NCBI GenBank assembly: GCA_964613615.1
Contig: CAZTIB010000133.1
Span: 4,046 to 68,045 of the forward strand
Length of the DNA: 64,000 bases
Direction of reading: 5' to 3'
From: an uncultured Chromatiaceae bacterium
GTDB taxonomy: Bacteria; Pseudomonadota; Gammaproteobacteria; Steroidobacterales; GCA-2729495
The position numbers were made by a program, and so were the translations under genes. The notes below the pieces were generated by a model. That model made no database searches and was not told the origin of the DNA. It saw only the letters and a program-made list of their open reading frames with translations. Below, piece by piece: positions 9,950-19,785 of this stretch. Numbering within the stretch: position 1 is the first letter of the stretch; each line of letters opens with the position of its first letter.

Positions 9950-10921
9950 ATGATTATTCGCCAGGCACCTGACATTCGACCCTCAGAAATCACCCCGGAA
10001 GAGGTTTTCCGCGGTCGTCGCCAGTTTTTGCGCCAGGCGGGTGTGGCCGGCGTGGGCCTGCTGGCCAGCACCGGCTGTGCCGCCGACGAAGAGCCGGCAG
10101 GCAACCCGACTGACCTGCGCAAGCTCGACGTTGCCAGCGGCAGCGCGTATAGCACGGATGCAGAGCCGAACTCGATGGAAGACATCATGAGTTACTGCAA
10201 CTTTTATGAGTTCGGCCTCGACAAGCGTGACCCGGCAAAGCTGTCCGGCGACTTCAAGCCGCGGCCATGGACCGTCACCGTAGACGGTGAAGCCGAGGTG
10301 ACCGGCACCTTCGACCTCGACGATTTCATCGCTCCGCACCCCATCGAAGAACGGGTCTATCGGTTGCGGTGCGTAGAAGCGTGGTCGATGGTCGTACCCT
10401 GGAACGGTATTGCCCTGGGCGACGTGCTGAAACGCTTCAAACCCACCTCGAAAGCCAAGTACGTGGCCTTCGAAACTGTCGTGCGCCCGGAAGAGATGCC
10501 GGGCCAGCGCCGCGGCGTGCTCGACTTCCCCTATGTCGAAGGGCTGACCATCGCCGAGGCCATGAACCCGCTGGCGATCCTGTCCGTCGGCGTCTACGGG
10601 GTGACGCTGCCCAACCAGAACGGTGCGCCCGTTCGGCTCGTCGTACCCTGGAAGTACGGCTTCAAGAGTATCAAATCCATCGTGCGCATCAGCTTCACAG
10701 AGACCGAACCACCCACCACGTGGAACCTCGCCGCGCCACGGGAATACGGCTTCTACGCCAACGTAAACCCGGAAGTTGACCACCCGCGCTGGAGCCAGGC
10801 CAGTGAGCGGCGCGTAGGCACCGGCTTTTTCGGTGATCGCCAGCCCACCGTGATGTTCAACGGTTACGGCGAACAGGTTGCGAGCCTCTACGACGGCCTC
10901 GACCTGCGCAAGAATTTCTGA
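9950..10921 (+). CDS. msrP: Protein-methionine-sulfoxide reductase catalytic (molybdopterin) subunit
   Basis: Tat signal [16 protein letters not shown], and YedY-type blocks (YNNFYEFG-like [34 protein letters not shown]). Confidence 0.9.
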   Translation: MIIRQAPDIRPSEITPEEVFRGRRQFLRQAGVAGVGLLASTGCAADEEPAGNPTDLRKLDVASGSAYSTDAEPNSMEDIMSYCNFYEFGLDKRDPAKLSGDFKPRPWTVTVDGEAEVTGTFDLDDFIAPHPIEERVYRLRCVEAWSMVVPWNGIALGDVLKRFKPTSKAKYVAFETVVRPEEMPGQRRGVLDFPYVEGLTIAEAMNPLAILSVGVYGVTLPNQNGAPVRLVVPWKYGFKSIKSIVRISFTETEPPTTWNLAAPREYGFYANVNPEVDHPRWSQASERRVGTGFFGDRQPTVMFNGYGEQVASLYDGLDLRKNF

Positions 10922-10951
10922 CCGGGCGAGCTGACCGCAACCCTCCGGGCC

Positions 10952-11602
10952 ATGCCCACTACCCGGCAAATTCGCTTCGTTCTGAAGCCACTGGTTTTCG
11001 CAGCCTGCCTGGCGCCGCTGGGCTTCATCGCGCTCCGCATCGCCGGCATCGGTCCATCCCTCGGCCCGAATCCGGTGGAGGTGTTGCAGGACGAATTCGG
11101 CGAATGGGCCCTGCGACTGTTGCTAGCGACCCTCGCCGTCACGCCGCTGCGCCTGGCCCTCGGTAAACCCTGGCCCCTGCGCTTTCGCCGCATGCTCGGG
11201 CTCTTTGCGTTCACCTATGCGACCCTCCACTTCTTGAACTACCTGGTGCTGGACCAGGAATTCGACTGGCCGGTGATCGTGGAAGACATCCTGGACCGGC
11301 CCTTCATTACCGTCGGGTTCAGCGCCTTGCTGACCCTGCTGCCGCTGGCCGTGACCTCAACCCAGGGCTGGCAACGCCGCCTCGGTGCACGGTGGGGCCG
11401 TTTGCACCGACTTGTTTACCTCGCGGCGATACTGGTCTGCTGGCACTTCTGGTGGCAGGTTAAAAAAGACGTCACGGAGCCCGCTATTTATGCGGGCATC
11501 CTCGCTGTGCTGCTGGGGATCCGGCTGTGGCGCGAACTCAAACAGCGGCGACGCCGGAAACTGGCCGCGGCGACGGCCGTGGCCTCGAATACGCGGGGTT
11601 GA
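10952..11602 (+). CDS. msrQ: Protein-methionine-sulfoxide reductase heme-binding membrane subunit
   Basis: Six-TM ferric-reductase-like protein immediately downstream of msrP, with conserved His in TM helices (TLHFLNY, RLHRLVY). Confidence 0.85.
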   Translation: MPTTRQIRFVLKPLVFAACLAPLGFIALRIAGIGPSLGPNPVEVLQDEFGEWALRLLLATLAVTPLRLALGKPWPLRFRRMLGLFAFTYATLHFLNYLVLDQEFDWPVIVEDILDRPFITVGFSALLTLLPLAVTSTQGWQRRLGARWGRLHRLVYLAAILVCWHFWWQVKKDVTEPAIYAGILAVLLGIRLWRELKQRRRRKLAAATAVASNTRG

Positions 11603-11621
11603 GGCGCGGCGTCGCCAATTC

Positions 11622-11648
11622 GGGGACATTCTGCTGCAGAATGTCCCC
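11622..11648. repeat. GGGGACATT-armed palindromic hairpin (REP-like)
   Basis: GGGGACATTCTGCTGCAGAATGTCCCC, an almost perfect palindrome, in the convergent gap between the msrQ and amtB stop codons. Confidence 0.6.
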
Positions 11649-11667
11649 AGGGCCGCCCCAAGGCTTC

Positions 11668-12966
11668 CTATAAGTTGTAGCCGCGCTCTTCGTGCTGGGC
11701 GATGTCGAGACCTTGGGTCTCTTGATCCCTGTCCACCCGCAGACCCACCATCGCACCCACGATCTTCAGAATCACGAAGGTCGCAACGCCGCACCAGGCC
11801 AGCGTCGCCAGCGCGCCCAATAACTGAACGCCGATCTGACCCGCAATGGTCCTGCCTTCGGCGAGCCCCAGGCCGCTGAATGCGCCGAGGCCGTCGCTGG
11901 CGAATACCGCGGTCAGCAATATGCCGAGAAAGCCGCCGACACCGTGCACCGGAAATACGTCGAGAGAGTCATCGATATGCAGCTTGCGCTTGATGATCTG
12001 GGTCGCCCAAAAGCAGACCACGCCGGCTGACAAGCCGATGACCAGCGCGCCGCCGGGGCCGACAAAACCCGATGCCGGGGTAATCGTGCCGAGCCCGGCC
12101 ACCATGCCGGTGACAATACCCAGCACGCTCGGCTTGCCGAACTTGATCCATTCCTGCGTCATCCAGGCCAGCGATCCGGCGGCTGCACCGACGTGGGTGA
12201 CGAGCATCGCCATGCCGGCGGCCCCGTCGGCAGCCAGCGCGCTGCCGGCATTGAAGCCGAACCAGCCGACCCACAGCATGCACGCCCCAGTCACGGTCAG
12301 GGGGAGACTGTGCGGCGGCATGGGCGTGGTCGGAAAACCCTGTCGCTTACCCATGACCAGGGCCGCGACAACGGCCGCCACGCCGGCATTGATGTGCACC
12401 ACCGCACCACCGGCGAAATCCATAAAGCCGCGTTCGGCCAGCCAGCCACCGCCCCACACCCAGTGGGCCACCGGGAGATAGACGACAAATAGCCACAGCG
12501 CCGAAAACCACAGCATCGCACTGAAGCGCATGCGTTCTGCAAAACCGCCCACGATCAGCGCCGGCGTGATGATCGCGAAGGTCATCTGGAACATCACGAA
12601 AACGGTTTCCGGCATGGTGCCTTCGACGGAATCGGTGCCAATACCGGCCAGGAGAAATTTGCCCGTACCGCCGATCAGGCTTTGCAGGCCGCCGCCATTC
12701 GTCGCGAACAGGCTGTAACCGGCGAGCACCCAGAGCACGGAAACCATGCACGCGATCGAGAAGCACTGCATTAGCACCGACAGCACGTTGCGGCTGCGCA
12801 CCAGCCCGCCGTAGAACAGGGCCAGGCCCGGCAGTGTCATGAACAGCACCAGAGCCGTGGCAGTGAGCATCCACGCCGTATCGCCGGAGTCCACGGAATC
12901 GCCCGCGGCGGTGCCCGTCAGCAGGCAGAGAAGCAGCACGATGGCTGCCCGATTCAGCAACTTCAT
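11668..12966 (-). CDS. amtB: Ammonium transporter
   Basis: Canonical Amt blocks (FFYGGLVR-like LFYGGLVR, DFAGGAVVHINAG, GFNAGSA, VHGVGG). ATG at 12966 is preceded by GGGGGAG. Confidence 0.93.
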   Translation of the reverse strand: MKLLNRAAIVLLLCLLTGTAAGDSVDSGDTAWMLTATALVLFMTLPGLALFYGGLVRSRNVLSVLMQCFSIACMVSVLWVLAGYSLFATNGGGLQSLIGGTGKFLLAGIGTDSVEGTMPETVFVMFQMTFAIITPALIVGGFAERMRFSAMLWFSALWLFVVYLPVAHWVWGGGWLAERGFMDFAGGAVVHINAGVAAVVAALVMGKRQGFPTTPMPPHSLPLTVTGACMLWVGWFGFNAGSALAADGAAGMAMLVTHVGAAAGSLAWMTQEWIKFGKPSVLGIVTGMVAGLGTITPASGFVGPGGALVIGLSAGVVCFWATQIIKRKLHIDDSLDVFPVHGVGGFLGILLTAVFASDGLGAFSGLGLAEGRTIAGQIGVQLLGALATLAWCGVATFVILKIVGAMVGLRVDRDQETQGLDIAQHEERGYNL

Positions 12967-12979
12967 GTACTCCCCCCTA

Positions 12980-13007
12980 GGGGACACTCTGCGGACAGAA
13001 TGTCCCC
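12980..13007. repeat. GGGGACA-armed hairpin between glnK and amtB
   Basis: GGGGACACTCTGCGGACAGAATGTCCCC, with the same arm sequence as the 11622 and 58104 elements. It abuts the amtB ribosome-binding site. Confidence 0.6.
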
Positions 13008-13020
13008 GCGCCCCCGCGCC

Positions 13021-13407
<387 letters not shown>

Positions 13408-13432
13408 CTAGCCCGAAAATCCCGACCGCCGG

Positions 13433-14026
13433 TCAGTAAATACGGAACCCGCCGTGGCGGCTGCGGCTGCGGAAATCGAACCAGCGCCAGGCGAGGAAGA
13501 CCCCGAACAGCAGCGCGCCGGTGACCCCGGTCCACAGCCAGGACCGTGGCACGCCGCTGCGTAGAGCGGCCAGATCGTCGCGCAGGCCGCTATTTTCTGC
13601 ATTCAGGCGAGCCACTTCATCATTGGCGGCCTGGGCCTGCTCGGCGGCTTCCCGCGCCGCAGTTTCCAGCCGCTGGCGTTCCTTGGCTCCATCCCTGGCC
13701 TGCAGCGTTTCGAGCTCGGCCGCCAGCCGGTCCCGCTCGGCTTCCACACCCGCAATGCGTCTGAGAGCCGGCTCCTCGGTTTGCAGGAAGGACCCGCGGA
13801 CCCAGCCCGAGCGCTGATCTTCCAGCTGCACCAGCGTCAATGCGCCGTCCCGCTCGAGCAATTCGGCCCGGTCGCCGCTTTTCAGGAACGCAAAGGCCCG
13901 GCCGCTGGTGTCGCGCGTCAGGTGCACCCCCAGGCGCAGCTCATCGGTCACGTACACGGTCTCCGCGGTCAGCGGGAGGCCGATCAGCAGCAGGATGATA
14001 AACGGAATAGTTCGCGTATAACTCAT
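13433..14026 (-). CDS. SH3-domain protein with coiled coil and C-terminal TM (TIGR04211/YgiM-like)
   Basis: Signal peptide, a bacterial SH3-like block (YVTDELRLGVHLTRD...GWVRGSFL), a coiled-coil segment and a C-terminal TM. Its start overlaps the dacB stop (ATGA). Confidence 0.7.
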   Translation of the reverse strand: MSYTRTIPFIILLLIGLPLTAETVYVTDELRLGVHLTRDTSGRAFAFLKSGDRAELLERDGALTLVQLEDQRSGWVRGSFLQTEEPALRRIAGVEAERDRLAAELETLQARDGAKERQRLETAAREAAEQAQAANDEVARLNAENSGLRDDLAALRSGVPRSWLWTGVTGALLFGVFLAWRWFDFRSRSRHGGFRIY

Positions 14027-15474
14027 TGTGCATAAACCCAGCGCAACAAAGCGGTGTGAGCTTCTTCACCCGGACCCCGATGGGCGTCCGGGTGATTCTG
14101 CATGGCGACCACGACAAATTCCCGGCCCGACGCCGCGCGCAGATAACCGGCCATGGCAAATACGCCGTTCAGCCGGCCGGTCTTGATGTGCATCTGTCCG
14201 GTGAGCTGGTCGTCACGAAACCGCCGCCGCATTGTGCCATCGAGGCCGGCGAGGGCCAGGGACGACTCGAACTCCGACCGGTAAGGGCTGTCGTGACCGG
14301 CCAGCAGCAGGCGGGCAAGATTTCGGGTGGATATCTGTGTGTCGCGGGACAGCCCGGCACCGTTGTCGAGACGCAGCTCAGGAAAATCGAGACCCCGCTC
14401 GGCCAGTGCGGCAGCCGCTGCGTCACGGGCCTTGTCCACGGTGCCAGGCGCGCCGTAACGCTCGGCGCCCATGGTCAGGAACACCTGCCGGCTCATTACG
14501 TTGTTGCTCCACTTGTTCACGCGGCGAATCACTTCAGATACGGGCGGCGAGTCGAAGTCGTAAAACGTCTCCCAGGCCTCGTCCACCATGGCGCTACGGC
14601 CTGCACCGCCGATTGTGCCGCCACTTTCCTCCCAAAGACTGCGAACTACGCCATAGTTGAACTCGCGCGCACTCATGACCGACCGCGACAGCCGGTATTC
14701 CGGGCAATCGCGGCCGAAGCGCCCGGAGAAAGTCACCACCCCGCCAACATTGGCCTCGCCGGGCGCGACCCGGATGCCGCCCTGGTAGCCGCCGCAACGG
14801 CCATCGCGTATCTGCAACTGGTTGCGGATCTCGAGATTGGCGGGCGCCGGGTCAGCGATGATCTGCACGCTCTGTTCATCCGGATCAGGCCTGAAGATGA
14901 AATTGACGGCGCGAAAATTTATCAGGAAGGCTTGGGGCGTCACGTTGTAAACGCGATAGGGCTGGCCGTCGAAGGCGCCGGAATCCTCGGGCGCCACCAC
15001 AAAAAAGCTGTTGTCGATGACCAGGTCGCCGTCGATGTCCCGCAGGCCACGCTGGCGCAGGCCTCGCAACAACAACCAGACTCGCTCGGTAACCAGGAAA
15101 GGGTCACCGTAGCCTTTCAGGTACAGGTCGCCGTCCAGCCTTCCGTCCTTCAGCTGGCCGTCCAGGTAAACCTCGGTGCGCCAGGTGTAGGCCGGCCCGA
15201 GGTCCTCCAGCGCGAGAAAAGTTGTCAGCAATTTGATGGTAGATGCGGGATTGCGCGCCACGTCGGCGTTGACCGCGAGTAAGGGTGAGTCGACGTCTAC
15301 GTCCTGGACCCAGACGCTGTAGCTGCCCGAATCCATCTGGTAGGCGTCAAGCACCCTCTTTACCCGCGACGGCAGCTCGTGCCGCGTCTCCGCAGCAGCC
15401 AGGCCACCGCTCAACAGCGGCACGATGATTGCGGCCGTCAGCACGGGCGCGAGAATTGATCGAATTACGTTCAC
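14023..15474 (-). CDS. dacB: D-alanyl-D-alanine carboxypeptidase/endopeptidase (PBP4)
   Basis: PBP4 blocks: PASTIKLLT (SxxK), WSNNVMSRQ (SxN) and IKTGRL (KTG). GTG at 15474 chosen because the upstream ORF part overlaps the activator gene. Confidence 0.85.
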   Translation of the reverse strand: MNVIRSILAPVLTAAIIVPLLSGGLAAAETRHELPSRVKRVLDAYQMDSGSYSVWVQDVDVDSPLLAVNADVARNPASTIKLLTTFLALEDLGPAYTWRTEVYLDGQLKDGRLDGDLYLKGYGDPFLVTERVWLLLRGLRQRGLRDIDGDLVIDNSFFVVAPEDSGAFDGQPYRVYNVTPQAFLINFRAVNFIFRPDPDEQSVQIIADPAPANLEIRNQLQIRDGRCGGYQGGIRVAPGEANVGGVVTFSGRFGRDCPEYRLSRSVMSAREFNYGVVRSLWEESGGTIGGAGRSAMVDEAWETFYDFDSPPVSEVIRRVNKWSNNVMSRQVFLTMGAERYGAPGTVDKARDAAAAALAERGLDFPELRLDNGAGLSRDTQISTRNLARLLLAGHDSPYRSEFESSLALAGLDGTMRRRFRDDQLTGQMHIKTGRLNGVFAMAGYLRAASGREFVVVAMQNHPDAHRGPGEEAHTALLRWVYAQ

Positions 15475-15484
15475 GGTGCCCGCG

Positions 15485-17296
15485 TCAGTGTTTCCGGGGC
15501 CGGCTGATGCCCATCGCCCGCATCCGATCGGACAGCGTGCTGGGCTTGATGCCGAGGAGCTCCGCTGCGCCCCCTGCGCCCGACACGCGCCAGTCGGCGG
15601 CATCCAGCGCCGCCACCAGGTTGTCTTTTTGCCGCAACTTCATCTCCGCTTCGGTGAGAAACTCCCGCTCCACGTAACCATAGGCCGCCGCCGCGTTGGC
15701 CATGGGTCCGGATGCCACTCCCTCCGGGGTCGCAAGATCGAGGCGCAAGGTACCGCCCTGCGACAGGATGACCGCTCGCTCGATGACATTTTTCAGTTCC
15801 CGCACATTGCCGGGCCAATCATAGGCCCGCAGCTGCTCTACCTGGCCCTGGGTCAGCGTGGGCATGTCCCGGCCGAAATCACGGCTGGTCTGCTCCAGGT
15901 AGTGCAAAGCCAGCATCACAACGTCATCACCGCGCTTGCGCAGCGGTGGCACCTGCACCGGGAACACGCTCAGCCGGTAGTAGAGGTCTTCGCGAAACTC
16001 GCCTGCCTCCACGGCCTGCTCGAGATCCTTGTTGGTGGCCGCGATGACTCGCACATCAACCGTGATTGATTGCTCCTCGCCCACCCGCTCAAATTCCCGC
16101 TCCTGCAGCACGCGCAGCAGTTTGCCCTGCAAGGACAGCGGAATCTCGCCCACCTCGTCCAGAAAGATGGTACCGCCGTCGGCCAGCTCGAAGCGTCCGA
16201 CCCGGTCACGATGTGCGCCGGTGAACGAGCCTTTAACGTGCCCGAAAAATTCACTCTCGAACAGTTCTTCCGGAATGGATGCGCAGTTCACCTTGACCAG
16301 CGGCCCGTCGGCCCGGCCGCTGCGGGCATGAATTGCCGTTGCTACCAGTTCCTTGCCGGTGCCAGTCTCACCCATGATCAGGACGCTGGCCGGGGTATCC
16401 GCCACGGCTTCGATGCGTGCCAGCATGGCTTTCAGCGCCGGACTCTCACCAATGATATGGCCGAAGTTCATCGCCACGCCAACTTCTTCGCGCAGGTAGT
16501 CGCGTTCCTGCTCCAGCTCTTCCTTCAGGTGGGCTATCTGCTCGTAAGCCTCCCGCAGGCGCGCTTCCGCCCGGTTACGTTCGGTCACGTCCTTGCTCGC
16601 GACCCGCAACGTGAGTTCGCCATCGACAACGTTCTGTTCGGCTCGCGTGGACATCAGAACCTCCACCACTTCACCGCTGCGCGTGACCATCTGCCGGGGC
16701 ACATTATTCAGGTCTCCCCCGGCGATCACTTCCTCCACTGTCAGCTGCATGGCTGAACGCTTCGACTCGTCGGTCAGGAAGTCTGTGACGGGCCGGCCAA
16801 CTACCTCGTCGCGCGTGTAACCCAGCTTCTCGAGCCAGTGATCACTGACGGCGAGGATCCGCCCTTCGCCATTCACCGTGTGGAGCAGGGCGGGTGTCGA
16901 CTGATACAGGTCGCGGTACTGCCGTTCGAGGTGCGCATGGTCGCCGAGCTCGGTGAACGCGGACACGGTGTCGAGGTAGCCGCCATCGGGGGCACGATTC
17001 CCGACCGTGGTGGCCAGTAATGACACCCGCGCACCGGCATGGTCGCGAAAGGCCAACGGTACGTTGTCCAGGTGGCCGGTGCGACGAAACAGCGGCAAGT
17101 GCTCTTCCCGGATCCGCTTCGCACTCGCCTCGGTGGCCAGCTCCTCCGGCAGTTTGCCCACCAGCTCGTCACGAGTCCGCCCCAGCCGGGTCAGCAGCGC
17201 ATCCGTCGCATCCTGAATGCGGCCCTGGGCATCCATGCGGCAGGCCAGCACGGGCAGGATTCGGAACAGGCGCTCATATCGGTCAACCGTGATCAT
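15485..17296 (-). CDS. Sigma-54-dependent transcriptional activator with two PAS domains
   Basis: AAA+ sigma-54 interaction domain (GETGTGKE, ESEFFGH, GSFTGA, TIFLDEVGEIP) and C-terminal Fis-type HTH (AAELLGIKPSTLSDRMRAMGI). ATG at 17296; the upstream 199 codons of the ORF are not protein-like. Confidence 0.9.
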   Translation of the reverse strand: MITVDRYERLFRILPVLACRMDAQGRIQDATDALLTRLGRTRDELVGKLPEELATEASAKRIREEHLPLFRRTGHLDNVPLAFRDHAGARVSLLATTVGNRAPDGGYLDTVSAFTELGDHAHLERQYRDLYQSTPALLHTVNGEGRILAVSDHWLEKLGYTRDEVVGRPVTDFLTDESKRSAMQLTVEEVIAGGDLNNVPRQMVTRSGEVVEVLMSTRAEQNVVDGELTLRVASKDVTERNRAEARLREAYEQIAHLKEELEQERDYLREEVGVAMNFGHIIGESPALKAMLARIEAVADTPASVLIMGETGTGKELVATAIHARSGRADGPLVKVNCASIPEELFESEFFGHVKGSFTGAHRDRVGRFELADGGTIFLDEVGEIPLSLQGKLLRVLQEREFERVGEEQSITVDVRVIAATNKDLEQAVEAGEFREDLYYRLSVFPVQVPPLRKRGDDVVMLALHYLEQTSRDFGRDMPTLTQGQVEQLRAYDWPGNVRELKNVIERAVILSQGGTLRLDLATPEGVASGPMANAAAAYGYVEREFLTEAEMKLRQKDNLVAALDAADWRVSGAGGAAELLGIKPSTLSDRMRAMGISRPRKH

Positions 17297-17311
17297 GGTC
17301 ACAGATTCTAT

Positions 17312-17360
17312 CCGGATTTCCGTAAAATAGGTACCGGATTCTCGTGTTTCACGGGATTTC
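17312..17360 (+). promoter_or_regulatory. Three direct copies of C(C/G)GGATTYC; candidate activator-binding (UAS) sites
   Basis: CCGGATTTC at 17312, CCGGATTCT at 17334 and CGGGATTTC at 17352, lying 50-100 bp upstream of the -24/-12 element and followed by an AT-rich tract. Confidence 0.3.
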
Positions 17361-17408
17361 GATACCCCATTTTCCCCATAACCCGTTGTTTTTATTGAAA
17401 TACGATGT

Positions 17409-17424
17409 TGGCACGCTTCCTGCA
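17409..17424 (+). promoter_or_regulatory. Sigma-54 (-24/-12) promoter
   Basis: TGGCACGCTTCCTGCA versus consensus TGGCACG-N4-TTGCW. GG and GC are correctly spaced, with one mismatch. It is divergent from the sigma-54 activator gene and about 60 nt upstream of the ATG at 17486. Confidence 0.6.
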
Positions 17425-17485
17425 ATAAGAACAGCGAGTCAGGAGACTCTTGAAAGTAACTTTTTACACAGACGAGGCAGAAATC

Positions 17486-17806
17486 ATGGAACGACTGACG
17501 AGAAATCGCAAGCTGCGATGGCTGTCGCTGCCCTACGCTGTGCTCTTGCTGACAGTTGCTGTCGGCTACGGTTTTGGATCGGTTGGGCAAGCTGGGGAAG
17601 TGATGGAAGAGCTGGTAGTGACGGCTCCCCGACTTGCAAATACCGAAGCGCAGGAAGTGCGCGCGCAGATCGAAGACACGGCTGAGGACGCCGCATGGCG
17701 CACCCGGATCAGCGTGGCGACGAGACTGAGCGCCAGGCTCAACGTCCAGCACCGCCCGTACAGGCTTGCTAGCCGGGGCGACAGCCGCTGGAGAAACGCC
17801 GGCTGA
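17486..17806 (+). CDS. Small hypothetical membrane-anchored/exported protein
   Basis: GAGG lies 8 nt upstream of the ATG. N-terminal RKLRWLSLPYAVLLLTVAVGYGF is signal/anchor-like. EELVVTAPRL resembles the start of TonB-dependent receptor plugs, but no receptor follows. The C-terminal half is Arg-rich, so coding is uncertain. Confidence 0.4.
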   Translation: MERLTRNRKLRWLSLPYAVLLLTVAVGYGFGSVGQAGEVMEELVVTAPRLANTEAQEVRAQIEDTAEDAAWRTRISVATRLSARLNVQHRPYRLASRGDSRWRNAG

Positions 17807-18076
17807 AGCCGGTCCCGTGCACGGGTCCCGCCGCCAGGAAATTCCAACCCCCACGGCGCCGGGACCCGGGGTGGCTCGCAACGAGGCACCCAAAAAGGCG
17901 CCGGGCTCGTCCCCCTCGAGCCCGGCGCACCCCCAGCGGGGGCGAGATGGCCAGTAACAGTCTGCGTGTCAGGGCTGTATTTCCCCCACTGCCATCCGCC
18001 CCCGCGCTCTATTCAGAGAGGCTCCCGAGTTCGGCGGTTGCTAGAATCGCCCGCTGCCCTAAGATCGCCGTGCATT

Positions 18077-18577
18077 GTGAAAACTGGATTCCCCACCGCT
18101 GTTGTCATGCTTAGCGTTGCTGCCTGCGCCGCCGGGGCCGCAGCCGGCCCTCCGCAACTGCAACTGGGCCAGGAACTCTTGCCCCCGGACAGCGGCGAAC
18201 TGCCCGCAGAAGGTGATCGCGCCGGCCTGAAGCTGCGCCTGCAGGCGCGCTTCGACTGCGGCATACCCGATGCGCAAGCCAGCCTGTTCGTTTCCGTGGC
18301 AGATACGGCCGTGCAGACGAACGCGGCCAAGTCGCCGCAGCCAGTGCTGCTGAACCTGCCGGAACGTCAGCTGCGCGGGGTGCGTGAATCCCTGGCCTGC
18401 CCCGGCATCGGCCCACACTTGTTTCGCGCGCAGCTCACGGCCTACGCAACGCTGATTTGCCGTGCAACGGACGGCACGGAGAAATTGACGACGGTGTACC
18501 GGCCGGTAGACCTGTGGGTGAACTGTGCCGAGCCGGAAGAGGACCCGGAAGACAACGAACAGCCGCTATCTGAATAG
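18077..18577 (+). CDS. Hypothetical lipoprotein with acidic C-terminus
   Basis: GTG start, lipobox-like SVAAC, four further Cys residues and an acidic tail EPEEDPEDNEQ. Protein-like composition, unlike the antisense ORFs. Confidence 0.5.
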   Translation: MKTGFPTAVVMLSVAACAAGAAAGPPQLQLGQELLPPDSGELPAEGDRAGLKLRLQARFDCGIPDAQASLFVSVADTAVQTNAAKSPQPVLLNLPERQLRGVRESLACPGIGPHLFRAQLTAYATLICRATDGTEKLTTVYRPVDLWVNCAEPEEDPEDNEQPLSE

Positions 18578-18605
18578 CCCGCAGCGCGCCGGGCTGGGGA
18601 AAAAA

Positions 18606-19460
18606 CTACTCAGCCTGCTGCAGGTGCCGGGCAAAGAAGATGGTGGTCCGGCCCCAGGCGTCGGTTGCCGCTGCCGCGTTGTAAGTGGTGCCGGACGGAT
18701 TGGAAAAGGCATGTTGCGCGTTCGGGTAGATTTTCACGTCTACGTCTTTGTCGAGTTCGCGCAGCGTCTGCTCGAAAGTTGCGATGTCGTCCAGCGGAAT
18801 CAACGGATCCGCTTCACCGAAGTTGCCGAGTATCGGCATCTGCAGGGTCGCCAGCTCGTCGCGGTCGGTGACCAGGCTGCCGTAGTAGATCACCGCGGCG
18901 TCTACCTGGTCGGGCAACAGCAGCGCGGTGCGCAGCGACCAGTGCCCGCCCCGGCACCAGCCGATGACGCCAATGCGAGGGGCTTGCTGCGCGGCCAGGT
19001 AGTCATAGGCCTGGCGGAGGTTGTCGTTGGCCTGTTCCGCCTGCTGCTGCAGACCACGGCTGAGCTTCATGGCCGTTTTTGGATCTTCAGCCAATTCACC
19101 GCGATACAGGTCAACCGCCAGGGCCCGGTAGCCCTCGCCTGCCAGGCGTTCAGTCACGCCGCGAATGTTGTCGTTCAGGCCCCACCATTCGTGAATCACG
19201 ATGATGCCCGGCGCGGTGTCGGCGCCCCGTTCCGGAACGGCCAGGTAACCTGTGAGGGGCGTGCCATCGATGGCGCCGTAGTCCACCGGCGCGCCGAGTA
19301 TCGGCTGCGCCGGCGACAAGGTAGCGACCGGCGTCGCCACAGGTTCGTCGTCGGCGTGGGCTTGGGCCATAGCATCCACCGTGTCTTCTGCCGCCGCCGA
19401 CCATGAAGCGAAACCAACCAGCAGAATCGGCAACAATCGAATCGTGTCCAAAATATTCAC
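18606..19460 (-). CDS. Dienelactone hydrolase family protein (secreted)
   Basis: Signal peptide plus DLH blocks ([28 protein letters not shown]). Confidence 0.85.
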   Translation of the reverse strand: MNILDTIRLLPILLVGFASWSAAAEDTVDAMAQAHADDEPVATPVATLSPAQPILGAPVDYGAIDGTPLTGYLAVPERGADTAPGIIVIHEWWGLNDNIRGVTERLAGEGYRALAVDLYRGELAEDPKTAMKLSRGLQQQAEQANDNLRQAYDYLAAQQAPRIGVIGWCRGGHWSLRTALLLPDQVDAAVIYYGSLVTDRDELATLQMPILGNFGEADPLIPLDDIATFEQTLRELDKDVDVKIYPNAQHAFSNPSGTTYNAAAATDAWGRTTIFFARHLQQAE

Positions 19461-19777
19461 CCCAACTTCACCGCAGTCCCGCTGATGCTGACCATCAGCA
19501 TGCCGTTCGAGCCTCCCAGCACCTCGTAGTCGAGGTCGACGCCCACGACAGCGTCTGCGCCCAGTTCGCTGGCGGCTTCTTCCAGTTCCTGCATGGCCAC
19601 TTCACGCGCCTTGCGCAATTCCTTTTCATAGGCGCCGGAACGCCCCCCGACGATATCGCGCAGGCCGGCGAACATGTCGCGAAACACGTTGGCACCCATG
19701 ATCGCTTCGCCGGTCACGATGCCGAGGTAGTCGCGAATCACGCGCCCGCTAATTTCCGGCGTTGTGGTGACGATCAT
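19457..19777 (-). CDS. YbjQ/UPF0145 family protein
   Basis: [26 protein letters not shown]...[11 protein letters not shown]...[13 protein letters not shown], characteristic of YbjQ. ATG at 19777. Confidence 0.85.
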   Translation of the reverse strand: MIVTTTPEISGRVIRDYLGIVTGEAIMGANVFRDMFAGLRDIVGGRSGAYEKELRKAREVAMQELEEAASELGADAVVGVDLDYEVLGGSNGMLMVSISGTAVKLG

Positions 19778-19785
19778 GATTGGCG

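Noticed and set aside
14026-15282. 418-aa plus-strand ORF
   Set aside because: It is antisense to dacB, which carries the SxxK/SxN/KTG motifs.
17898-17928. 12-bp-stem hairpin GCGCCGGGCTCG..CGAGCCCGGCGC preceded by A5
   Set aside because: It would be a terminator only for minus-strand transcription, but no credible minus-strand gene lies upstream of it. On the plus strand it lacks a U-tract. Left unassigned; it may be a weak attenuator between the two small plus-strand ORFs.
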